DNA of 64,000 nt from Chrysomallon squamiferum (taxonomy: Eukaryota; Animalia; Mollusca), in assembly GCA_012295275.1 (NCBI GenBank), contig CM022665.1, positions 44,454,001 through 44,518,000 on the forward strand, in the 5' to 3' direction. Both the position numbers and the translations under genes were made by a program. Below are positions 46,882 through 60,100 of the stretch, one piece after another. Under the pieces are notes generated by a model. It worked only from the letters and a program-made list of their open reading frames with translations, was not told the origin of the DNA and did no database searches. How positions within the stretch are numbered: position 1 is the first letter of the stretch; every line of letters begins with the position of its first letter.

Positions 46882-49800
46882 TATTATTTTTATTATTATT
46901 TTTATCATTTTTATTATTATTATTTATATCCTTATTATTATCATCATTTTTATTATTATTATTATTATTATTACTATTATTATTATTTTATTATTATTAT
47001 TATTCAAATATACTACAGTTTTTATAATTTGCTGTATCACATAACTTGCAGTGCACTCTTATCTTTCAAACCATAATAATAATAATAATTTATTTATATA
47101 TTGTATTTTAATTTTTAGCTTTAGTTGAGAAGTGTGACATCAGTAATGGCAATGATTCTGACCTGCAGGCTGCGGCTGCTGTTGTTCTCAACGCTGATGG
47201 TGTTTACATGGCTTCCATATCTGCATTGCTGCTGGCTCTCAAACTGGCTAAAAATGGATATTATGTGACAAAAGATGAGTCGAAACTTCCATACAATGAG
47301 GTAGACTATGTTTTTACCTTGATGCAGATGATATTTTTCATTTTTACGTAAATATTTTAAACATAAAATCTATTCAATTTGTTTTTGGTCTGAAGAAAAT
47401 TCTTTGAACTTGTTAAAGTCGCCCAAGAACTTCAGTATTTAAATAGATATCTAATAAAAAAAAAATAGCAAATATTAAAATATTAAACTTTATTTTGTGA
47501 AAAAATCCCTATTATGGAACCGTTGGTTTGCTACAAATATATGTTAACTCAGAAAAAAATGAGTAAAAGCTTCTGTTTAATGAGGTGATTTTTTAAAAAA
47601 TAATCAAGGAATTTCTAATCTTTAATATCAATATTTTTAACAAGATATATTTTAAAAAATTTTGTGTCGTTTATTTTTTTTTTTTCTGTGAATAAAATTC
47701 TTAGAACTCATTAAAATCACCCCAAGGACTGATTTTTTTTGGTGAAATTATTGTTAAATAAACAAATGGATGCAAGCCAGAGAAATATTTATCTTTGTCC
47801 TATCAAAACTTCACTATTAAAAAGTCATGTTGCATTGGCTTTGAGGTGTGATTTTGAAAATTCAAAAAAAAATTCTTAGTTTTTTGTTTTAAAAATATTA
47901 TATATAATTATCATCTTGTTTTCAGAAAGGTTTTATGGATGAAATACTGAGCAGTGGTTTGTTGCTTTTCCTCTCACCTGCTTGGCTCAGTGAAGTCTAT
48001 GAACAGATTGTCTCCTGCAATATCCTGGAGGCAGCTGGATTCGATCCTGTTGTCTACAGTCCATTAGTGAACATGCTGAAAGGTAAATTTAAGCTTAATG
48101 TTGGTGTTAGTGGAATTAATTTCATGATGTTTGTTGATCGTTCTTGACATAATTATCTTTCCTGAAAGCTAAATTTAAGCTTAATGTTGGTGTTAGTGAA
48201 ATTAATTTCATAATGTTTGTTTAATCTTTCTTGACATAATTATCTTTAAAGGTGTCCCCTTTGCTGATAATAAATAAATAGCCTAAATATATTTGGCATA
48301 TTTTTATATATTTGTTTTCGATAGAGACCTAACTAAGTTAAATTTAAAATTCAGCAGTATAACATTTTTCTGTTATTTTTATGACATGTACAGATGTGTT
48401 AAGAAATCAACTGTTTTTAATCATTATAATGACTGTTTTTCCAATATGTGCTCAGAAATGGTGCAGGCATACAAATAAGAAAGTTAAAACTGAAAGCAAA
48501 CAAAATGTGTATAATCATAAAATACAACATTGATATAAAATTTGTTCTTTATTTTTATAACATGTACTGATATATAGGGAAATTAACTGACTGATAGATA
48601 ATAACTGTTTTTATTAAATGCACTCACAAAATGACAGAAGCATACAAATAATAAAATACAGCAGTTTATATATATATATATATATTTTTTTTATGACTTA
48701 TAAAGAAGTTAATGACCTTGTAACTAATGCCCATTTTTACTAAATGGACTCAAAAATGAAAATGAGACAAGCATACAAATGAGAGACTAAATTGAAAGTA
48801 AACAAAATGCACATAATAATAAAATACAGCAGTAATACGACATTTTTCTTCCTTTTTATGACATACTGAGTTACACATAAAGCAGCTGAAGAATCAATAA
48901 TGTATATTTTTCCTAAATACACTATAAAAAATTATGCTGGTATATAAATAAAAGAGTAAAGCGAAAATAATCAAAATATGTACAATAATAATAAAAAACA
49001 ACAGTAATATAACTATTTTTCTTTCTTTTTATGACATGTACAGATATATTAAGAAATTGATTTACTAATAGATAATTTCCTGTTTTTCCACTATTCATTA
49101 ATAAATGATACTCAAAAACAAGAAATAATAAATCAGAATTATACTAAATAAATATAGACTGCTTATAAGCTGTGTGTATAGTGATAAATATTAATAAAAC
49201 AATAAAATAACAACAGTAATATAACGTTTTTCTTTCTTTTTATGACACATACAGATATTTTAAGAAATTAATTTTTATATACATAATTTCAAGTTTTTCC
49301 ACTATGCATTAATAAATGATACTCAAAAACAAGAGAGAATAAATCAGAATTATACAAACTAGACTGCTTATAAACTGTGTGCATAGTGATAAATATTAAT
49401 AAAATAGTAAAATAACAACAATAATATAACATTTTTCTTTCTTTTTATGACACGTACAGATATTTTAAGAAATGAATTTTTATATACATAATTTCAAGAT
49501 TTTCCAGTATGTACTAATAAATGATACTCAAAAACAAGAGAGAATAAATTGGAATTGTACAAAATGAATATGGATGGCTCATGAACTGTGTGTATAGTAT
49601 TACATATTTTACATTGTTTTTTCTTACAGACATTGATGGACTTGGAAGTCATGAGATTGGAGCTCAGTTGATGAGTGACAGTGTTGATGTTGACAACATT
49701 GTAAATCCACAGTCTGATGGGCCTGCTGCTGAAGCAGGTGAGACTTGAACATAAACTCACTAATCATGTTAAAAAATTACACTGACAGTAGTTATCTTTC

Positions 49801-52800
49801 AGTACTATCAGTAGTTGTCTTTTATATAATTAAATAGATGACGATTTTGTATTTTTTTCCCCTTTTTGTACTGGTTTTTTTGGTTAATTTATTTATATTT
49901 AAATTGGCTCCCACCATCATCAAAGATATTTTTTTTTTACTGTTTTATCCACACCTGTATATAATTGTTTATGAGTAATATGTGTGATCCTGAATACATA
50001 TTTATGTTTTAGATATTATTTTGAATAATATGAATCTGCTTTTTAGATATTATTAAATATATTAACTGAGATGGGATGAAGAAATTGATTGAAATTTCTG
50101 TAAATTTTAACTAAATGTACACAAAATGAATACATTTTGTACATACTTTTCTAGGCTTTTTTTAATTTTAATTTTTTTTTTTTTAACTGAATGACAACTG
50201 GCAGATATGATTACTGGTAGATAGGTATTTTACATTCATAATCTCTCAGTCTTTGATAATTAAGGTATAGAATGTGGTAATTAATGATACAAGAACTTTT
50301 GCATTTCAGGCAAGAAATTATCTAGACATTTATTATCTACTTGCTGGGATGGGATTCTTGACGTGCTGTCTGTTCTTCTCAATGGTAAAAGTTCGTGTGG
50401 AATTAATGTCAGCCTGGGTTTGATGCTAGGCACAGAAGGAGCTAAAGAAGAAAGTATAAAAGCTAGAGATGCAATTTGTCTGAGTTTGACAGGATTGCAG
50501 AAGGCTGCCAATCTCTGCTGCATTCTAGGTTTGGTTTAGACCTGTTGATTTTTTGTTTTTAGTCAGTCATAGGACTCAAAATAAATCTGAAAATTTTTTT
50601 TCCCTTGTAAACTGTTAAAAATGAATTTTTGTTGATACGGTGTGTTTAGCTGAGAAACTCTATTTCTATTAATTGTTAAATATATTAAATATAAAAATAT
50701 TAAATATATAAATAATAATATTAAATAAATAAAAAAATAAATAATGTTTAAAAAATAATAATAAATAAATAATAATTGAAATCATTGAAAATGAATATCT
50801 TGATCTTGTCAGTTAAATAACATTAGAAAATAAAAAAATATAATAATAAAAATATAATATTAGAAAAAATAAACAAAAAATAATTTTAAAAAATAATAAA
50901 AATAAACAAACCAAAAATAATGTTTAAAAAAAACAACAAACATTTAATTCTTTGACAACAAATACTTTAATCTTTTTTCATCTACAACAATTAACATATT
51001 ACAATATAACTTTTTGTTTGAAAAAAAAAAAAAAGAAGAAGATAAAAAAAAATTAATTTTAAAAATATTTGTAACAGAGATTTACTAATATTTAATTTGA
51101 AATACATAAATTTTGTTGGCAGGTTTGCAGGAGAGATGTGGCAGTGCCTTCAACCAGCTAGCCAACACTTCGTGCGTGAAGGAAGATGTGCGAAGTCCGT
51201 GGCCAGGCGAGGCTAAACTTCACGGCAAAACCTCGGTGCTCCCCAACAAACCAAAGCTGGTTCGTCTCCACGCCGTCCATGTTCTCAGCATGGATGTCGT
51301 CATGACAACGGGGATGGAGATGGGGAGCCATTCTGCTGACTGCTGGAAGCATGTGTTTAGGTTGGTGTTATTGTACAGCAGTTGTTTTTTGATTGTAGTG
51401 ATTTTAATATTTTCTGTCTTTGTTGGTTTAATCTATTGTTCAATATATTAAATATGCTGACTGCTGGAAACATGTGTTTAGGTTGGTGATATTGTACAGC
51501 AGTTGTATTTTTTGATTGTAGTGATTTTAAAATGCGGTGTTTTCTGTTTTTGTTTGGTTTAATCTAAAAAGTGATGAAGTAGGTTTTAGATTCATTGTTT
51601 ATGTCAATGTATTTAATAGTTTTCAGCCATATTGTTTTAATTTTTTAATCTTCAGTTAAATACAACAAAATGCTGAAGTCTGTTTTTGATTTGTTTTAGA
51701 TTTCAGAACACTGAATAGTTTTCAGCCATATTTTTTTTTTAGTTTGAGATCATTTGTTTGATATACAGAAAATATTCATTGAAGGAAGGTACTAAGATAA
51801 TGGTTAATTAAAGTTCTTTTTAATTTTTCTCTATTTTCATTAAAATTTAAACAAGAGACAAATTTTTTATTTAAAATATATTTTTTTTAAACTATATTTT
51901 ATGATTTATTATAATTACAGGATTTTGGAATTAAGAACAAGAAGTCATTATTATTTATTACAATACATATCATTGGATCCACACTTTTATTATATGTTTT
52001 AATACTGAATTGTGTTGAGGTGTGGTTAAATAAGTATTTTCATTCATGTGTTGCAGGTGTTGTGCACACATATCAGAGTTGGAACACACGTATTTCAGTG
52101 GAGGAAACAACCAGTCGAATCTGCCCAAAGTTCAACAGGAGCAGAAATCTGACGCAAACGCAGATGAATTGGAGTAAGTTTTACATACAGTTGTTTTGAT
52201 AAAATAGTCTGAAAGAGTCGAAATTTATTCATTTTATTTATCACCTGAAATTTCTTTTTAATTATATTTTATTATAGTTATGATAAAACAGAATATAGAA
52301 TTTTATTTCATTTTATTTATTTTTTAATTTTTAAAAATTTTTTTTAGGTTTGATAAATGAAATTATTAATTTGATTTAATTATGAACTGTGTGTTTAATC
52401 ATAATACACAATTTCTACAAAGGTAGAAGTTTACATTAGATTTAAAAAACATTCATTATTGGTCCAGTAGAAATTAGCCTTGAAATTTTTAAAATACACA
52501 CTCTAATTTCATCATTATATTTGACAGACTGCATACTGTTTTGCCTTCAGGGATGAATGAATGAGGTTTAAAGTTTTAAGAATTCAGAATTACTGAAAAA
52601 TTTATAATGTTATATTTAATTTCTGTATTATAATATTAATTTTTTGTTTTCACAGTGGTAATGACCTGTATTCAGCTTCTGTTTCTGTTATACCTGTTGC
52701 CCCTCGAATTAACGTGGCAGAGCTCATTCGTCAGACTAGTATAGAGTCTGGATGGGAGGGCTCACTTTTAGGAGGAGGGGTGCTCAATTCGTCGCAGGCT

Positions 52801-53893
52801 TCAAAGGCTCTCTGTGGCTTGTCACAAGAAGTTGATCGGTAAGAATTTACTGTGACTGACTTTGTTTTGTTATTCGGTTTGTTTATTCTTAAATAAAATT
52901 CTGCAACCATTTGATTGTTACAATTTTTGTTAAAATGTATTTTTATGCTTTGTCTCTAGTTGAAAAATATGTTACCAGTCCTATATTTAAGCAATGAATA
53001 TTTGCTTCTTTTGTTCCAAGTACTTCAAAAAGTAGTTGTAAATAAGGGTGGTAAAGGATATGGTAATTAAATATTACAATAATTCTTTTTCATAAAACAA
53101 GACTTATCTTAGTTTAAATTCAGTTTGACATCATAAATGCATGTATTTATTAGAATTTTATTTTCTTGATTAAAGTAATATATAAAGAGATATCTTTCAA
53201 GGGTTTCTGAAAAGGGAGTGACATCATTATACTGAATACAACTTCCATTGTTGAAATGAACTTCATTATAAAGATAAAAATATTGGTATGCAAACAATTG
53301 GGCTGGAGGATATGTATGGAGCAAGTCTTATGAATCTGCATAAATATAAACATCATCATATTTTTATGAATTTATTTATGGATCTGCATAATCATGATGA
53401 TGATCATATTTTTTATGAATTTATGGATCTGCATAAATATTGCCATCATCATATTTTTTTACAAATACATAGATCTGCATAAATACGGCCACCACCATCA
53501 TCATATTTTTTTTTTATGAATTTTACAAATTCAGTTATTTTCTTTCAGTCTGTTTGAAGATGCTGCTGAAAAGCTAAATCTTCAGGGACTACTGACATTC
53601 CTCGCGGAGCTTGGTGAATCGAGTCGCGTACAGCTGAGGAAGCTGAAGAACACGGAGTCTTCTGATGGAGTCGGGAGTTGGTCTCGCTTACCAACGAATG
53701 CCCTGCACCTGTACAGACTGCAGGAGGTTCTGATGAAGATAGCACACAGCTCCAGGCCTCTGTTACATCTGATTAGAGTGTGGAGTGTCGTTTCGCCCTA
53801 CCTGGTAGAGGTGAGTGTGAGATACCAGTGTGATATCGAATGTGTATGATTGTATGTGCAGTCTAATTGATATAATAGGTGTGATTGACTGTG

Positions 53894-53966
<73 letters not shown>

Positions 53967-55102
53967 AAATCAACTTTTTAATACCAACTTTATAATTATC
54001 ATTATTCTTATTAGAAAAAAGAAATCTAATTTTGAATACTAGTTTTGTTATATCACTAGTTTTAGAAAAAGAAAATTATAATTAATTATTCTTTTTAGAA
54101 AAAAAGAAAATCTAATTTTTGATACTAGTTTTGTCACATCATTATTCTTTTTAGAAAAAAGAATTGTATTTTTAATACTAACTTTATTATTATCATTATT
54201 CTTTTTAGAAAAATAAAATAAAATATAATATTTAATACTAACTTTATAATACCATTATTCTTTTTAGAAAAATAAAATAAAATTTTTATTACTAATATTA
54301 TTATATCATTATTCTTTTCAGAAAAAGAAAATCTAATATTTGATACTAACTTTATTATTAATTATTCTTAGGAGAAAAAAAAAAAAAAATCTAATTTTTA
54401 ATGCTAACATTATTATTATCATCATGAATTCAGGCAACAAACAGCAGAGACCGGGCAGTGACAAAGATGTCGGTCACCTGTGTTCACGACTTCATTGTGG
54501 CCATGTTGAGTAACCACGAAGAGCTGCCTCACTTCCACATCAACGAGTTTCTCTGTAAGACGTTTGAAGACATGTTGTGTATGGAGATTTGTGACGGTGA
54601 CGTCCAGGATCAGGTCAGTTCATTATATTATAGCATGTTTGTGACCAGACACATTTTTTTATGTTTTTGTTATTATTATTATTTTATTTATTTATTTATT
54701 TTTGTTGTCGTTTTACTTTTTTTTTTTTTTTTTAATTAATTATTTGGTTTAAAATTTCATAAAATTTTTTACAATTTAAAATTTATTTTTTTTTCATTGT
54801 TTTGAAAAAAAATTTTATTTTATTCAATTTTATAACTGTTAGACAGGACATACTAAGCTTTTGGGGAATTATCCTGTTTCGTTTTTTTGCTTACACTAAC
54901 TATTGAATAATGCATTTATTTTTTTTTTTTTTTTTATGTTGAATTTAATTACAGAAGAGCCAGAAAAATAACTATTCAGAAAAACCATCTAAAATATCAC
55001 TTTTTAAAAATGTTTTTTCAATTTATTTATTTATTTATTTATTTATTTATTTTATTTATTCATTTTATTTTGTTTTGTTTTATTTATTTATTTTTTTCTT
55101 TA

Positions 55103-55133
<31 letters not shown>

Positions 55134-55192
55134 TATTTATTTATTTTATTTATTTATTCATTATTTAATTTTGTTTTGTTTTTTATTATTTT

Positions 55193-55235
<43 letters not shown>

Positions 55236-57119
55236 TTTTAATTTATTTATTCATTATTTTATTTATTTATTTGTTTGTTTTATTTATTTATTTATTTTTA
55301 TTTTTTATTTATTTTTATTTATTTTATTTTTATTTATTTATTTTATTTTTTTATTTTAATTTATTTATTTATTTATTTATTATTTATTTATTTATTTATT
55401 TATTTGTTTATTTATTTATTTGTTTGATTTATGTATTCAGATTGTGTGTTCTATCTGTGAGCTGGTTGAAGCGTGCACAGCTCAGATTCACTCTGGGTGG
55501 CAGCTGTTTGGCGCCCTCAGGTCTGTCAAAATAGAATACACCACAAGTGAGGAGGTCAATGAAGCCAGGCAACACCACGTTGCTGCTGTCCTCGATGTCT
55601 TCGAGGTCTTCCTTGACACCAACAACATCCTCGTCTTCGCCAACGCCACAGTGGATTGTATTCTTTGTCTGCTTAGATATGTCCAGGGACCAGGTATGTT
55701 TTCTTCATGTTTGTTAGAATTATTATTTTACTATCTTTGTTTATTTTTGTTTGTTTGTTTGAATTTTAAAATTGTTTTTGATATGTGTAACATGGTGAAC
55801 ACTGTTTGAAATTTAGATCTAATGAGTTAATTATTTGTCTTAGAAATTTATTTATTTATTTTGTTATCACATACTTAGAGCATTAATGAATTTATTTGTT
55901 AATCTTAAAGATTTATTTGTTGATACATCCACATATGTATCTGTTTACTTACTTACATGTACAGCTAAATACTGTCTGCCTACTTATCTATCTGTCACAT
56001 GTTACTTATACACTTCTTCATTTGTGAATTATCTTTCATCTTTTAAAAAGATCTGTTATACATTTCTAAATGATTTAACAGAACATTCATCATTCAGTCA
56101 TTCATTCATTTACAAATTTGTTCATTCATATTTTAATTTTATTTTATAAGTAATTATTTATTTATTTTAAAAGTGAACATCTAGTTACAGAAGAAGAAAT
56201 ATTTCAGACTATGTTTATGTTGACTGTTATCTGTAGATATATTTATCTTATAGCTGACCCAAATGAAAAACCACCTAGAGAAATGTCAAATGGTAGGCTG
56301 TTGCAATGTTTAAATTTCGGTGAAGGGAAGGTGAAAGTATCTTTCTTTCATGAACTGTTTCAGCTTGATTCATTTTAAACTCTTTAAATACCAAAAATGA
56401 AACTTGTTGTTTTTTTTGTTGTGTTTTGCATAATGCTTTATGCACTGTGAATAATTATGTATTTCTTCTTTTTCATAAGTTTTGTTTTTACTTTTGTTGA
56501 AAAAAAAATCAGGTTGTCTTGGTTCATTGCTGTGTTTTTTCTTTTATTATTTATTTTTCTTTTCTTTTCTTTTTTTTAAATTTTTTATTAATTTTTGTTT
56601 GTTTGTTTGATAGTTTAATTATATTTGCACTGCAGACAAGAAAACACTTATTATTTTTATTTTTTATTTTTATTTTTATTTTTTTTCAATTTTTTTTTTT
56701 TTAGTCTACAGCTGTAAGTAAATGAAATAAATATCTGAATATGCATGCATAAAAATAGTTAAAGGTGCAAGAGGTTATGTCAGTATGACATTACTTAAGG
56801 AATGAGGGAAAATAAATAAATACAGTATATTAAACTCAGAAGAAAAGATGCTTATATTGAAATGAATGTAGCCAATATTCCATTATAAGTTTATCAAAGA
56901 TCTTGCATACCTACTTATAAAAATTATATAATAATCTATATCTATATTTATATCTATATTTATATAGATAGATATAGATATACTTTTATATGTTTGAGAT
57001 GTTAAATGTTAATAGGTCTCAGACTAAAGACTCTAATTTCAGTGAACTCGGTGAACTCATTTATTTATTCAGTTGTTGATATTATACAGATAGTGTACAC
57101 ACACACACACACACACACA

Positions 57120-57150
<31 letters not shown>

Positions 57151-60100
57151 CCTAGTCTAGCAATTTTCTGGAAACTCTGTTTCTGTATTCAGATGCTAAT
57201 ATTCCATATATAATATATTTAGTACAGGACAATTAAATTATGTTTTAAATTACAGGTCTGTTTGAGGTGTTAAAGAGGGGTTTCTTAGTCAAGTGTAAAA
57301 TTCAGTTATTGTATTCATATGTTGATATTCCATACCACAACATATCTGATACTTGACCATTAGATAGATTTTTTATTTACAGGTTCATTTAAGGTGTTAA
57401 GAGAGTTTCATAGATTAGTGTAAAACTCAGTTATTGTATTCAGACATAGATATTACATACCACAATATATTTGATACCTGTCAATTGATAAGATGTTTTA
57501 TTTATGGGTATATTTGAGGTGTTAAGAGAGTTTCATAGATTAGTGTAAAACTCAGATGTTGATATTACATACCACAATATATCTGATACCTGACAGCTGA
57601 TAAGATGTTTTAATTCACAGGTATATTTGAGGAGCTAAGTGACGAGGAGTCTGACTCGGGCAGTGATGTCTGCACTCAGGTTGCCAGTGGGGAGAGTCTG
57701 TGTATTCCAGCACTGAAATACCTGCAGCGATGCTGTGATATCCTTGCCTCCATGTGGAAGATGCCAGCCAGCCCCATATTTAAAGGAGCTCATAGGTAGG
57801 AGGTGTTTTCTTGGATTTGATATTTAAAGGAGCTCTTAGATAGGAAGTGTTTCTTGGATTTGATATCTTAAGGAGCTCATAGGTAAAAAGTGTTTCTTGG
57901 ATTTGATATTTAAAGGAGCTCATAGCTAAAAATTGTTTCTTGGATTTGATATTTAAATGAGCTCTTAGATAGGAAATGTTTCTTGGATTTGATATTTAAA
58001 TGAGCTCTTAGATAGGAAATGTTTCTTGGATTTGATATTTAAATGAGCTTAAAGTAGGAAATGTTTCTTGGATTTGATATTTAAATGAGCTCTTAGATAG
58101 GAAATGTTTCTTGGATTTGATACTTAAAGGAGCTTATAGGTGGGAAATGTTTCTTGGATTTGATATTTAAAAGATCTCATAGTAAGAAGTGTTTCTTGGA
58201 ATTGATACATAAAAGAGTTCATAGATAGGAAGTGTCTTCTTGGATTTGATAATGCATTATATAACTCATGAAGCTAACATTACTGTAATCTTATCTTAAA
58301 ACCAAATAAATATCAGACATTAACACCAATTTTTATTTTTTATTTTATTATTATTATTTTTTTTGCTTTCAGAATTCAGCTAGGATCCACAGTTCGTGTT
58401 GTTGATAATAAAATTCCCAACATGAATTTTGAAGCTTTTTCCAAATTCTTCGAAAGTGATGGACCGGTTGCCAAAGAAGATGACACCGCGGGAGAAAAAG
58501 TGTCCATAGTGGACGATGGAATAAGAACTGAGGTTGTGTTTGAAAAGTGTCCCAGACGTCCTGACAGCGAACAGTCCAGTGCCAAACAGCGAGATTCGGA
58601 CCAGGGTTTCGACGCACAGAGTGTCACGTCTGCCGATTCTGGAATGCTGGACATGATGTCACCAGAGCGTAGTTCTGCAGACCCTCTGGAACCATCCAGC
58701 ACTGCTGTGCCTCTCACACTGGACAAGCTGGACAACCATTCTGGAATCTTGCACGTCTGGTTCTTGTTGTTGGACGGACTGGCGACGTCGGTGTCCAGCT
58801 GTCCGAAGACGTTCCAGCCGAAGACGATAGAGATGCTGTTTGATCTGCTGAGATCTGCTGCTGGCGTGCCAGGTTTGTGGCTGGTTTATGTTTATATCTC
58901 AGAGCAGATTGTGGTTTATGTTTATGTCTCAGAGCAGTTTGTTACTGGTTTATGTTTGTATCTGAGAGCAGTTTGTGGCTGGTTTATGTTTATCTCTCAG
59001 AGCAGTTTGTGGTTTATGTTTATGTCTCAGAGCAGTTTGTGGCTGGTTTATGTTTGTGTCTCAGAGCAGTTTGTGGTTTATGTTTATGTCTCAGAGCAGT
59101 TTGTGGTTTATGTTTATGTCTCAGAGCAGTTTGTGGCTGGTTTATGTTTGTGTCTCAGAGCAGTTTGTGGCTGGTTTATGTTTGTGTCTCAGAGCAGTTT
59201 GTGGTTTATGTTTATGTCTCAGAGCAGTTTGTGGTTTATGTTTGTGTCTCAGAGCAGTTTGTGGTTTATGTTTGTGTCTCAGAGCAGTTTGTGGTTTATG
59301 TTTATGTCTCAGAGCAGTTTGTTACTGGTTTATGTTTGTATCTGAGAGCAGTTTGTGGCTGGTTTATGTTTATCTCTCAGAGCAGTTTGTGGTTTATGTT
59401 TATGTCTCAGAGCAGTTTGTGGCTGGTTTATGTTTGTGTCTCAGAGCAGTTTGTGGTTTATGTTTTGTCTCAGAGCAGTTTGTGGTTTATGTTTATGTCT
59501 CAGAGCAGTTTTTTGGTTTATGTTTGTGTTCAGAGCAGTTTGTGGCTGGTTTAAAGCAGTTTGTGGTTTATGTTTATGTCTAGCAATTTCAGAGCAGTTT
59601 GTGGTTTATTTTGTGTCTCAGATTTATGTTTATGTCTCAGAGCAGTTTGTGGTTTATGTTTATGTCTCAGAGCAGTTTGTGGCTGGTTTATGTTTATGTC
59701 TCAGAGCAGTGTGTGGCTGGTTTATGTTTGTGTCTCAGAGCAGTGTGTGGCTGGTTTATGTTTGTGTCTCAGAGCAGTTTGTGGTTTATGTTTATGTCTC
59801 AGAGCAGTTTGTGGTTTATGTTTATGTCTCAGAGCAGTTTGTGGCTGGTTTATGTTTATGTCTCAGAGCAGTTTGTGGCTGGTTTATGTTTATGTCTCAG
59901 AGCAGTTTGTGACTGGTTTATGTTTATAAACTTTTTTTTCTTAATTTATTATTTAGACGTTCATTTTTTGTTGGATTGAGCTATTTTCGTATTTCGAAAT
60001 TGTTATTAAGTTATTATTTATTGTTTAATTTTTGTAAATGAGATCTTTTATAAATGCTTATTTTTTTAATGTTATTATTTTTAATTTTTGTCCTTTCAAA

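Noticed and set aside
57776-58251. Regular 43-bp array superficially like a CRISPR array
   Set aside because: No unique spacers, eukaryotic intron context, no cas genes. It is a minisatellite.
58877-59979. Overlapping 120-225 aa ORFs in three frames
   Set aside because: By-products of a stop-poor minisatellite inside an intron.
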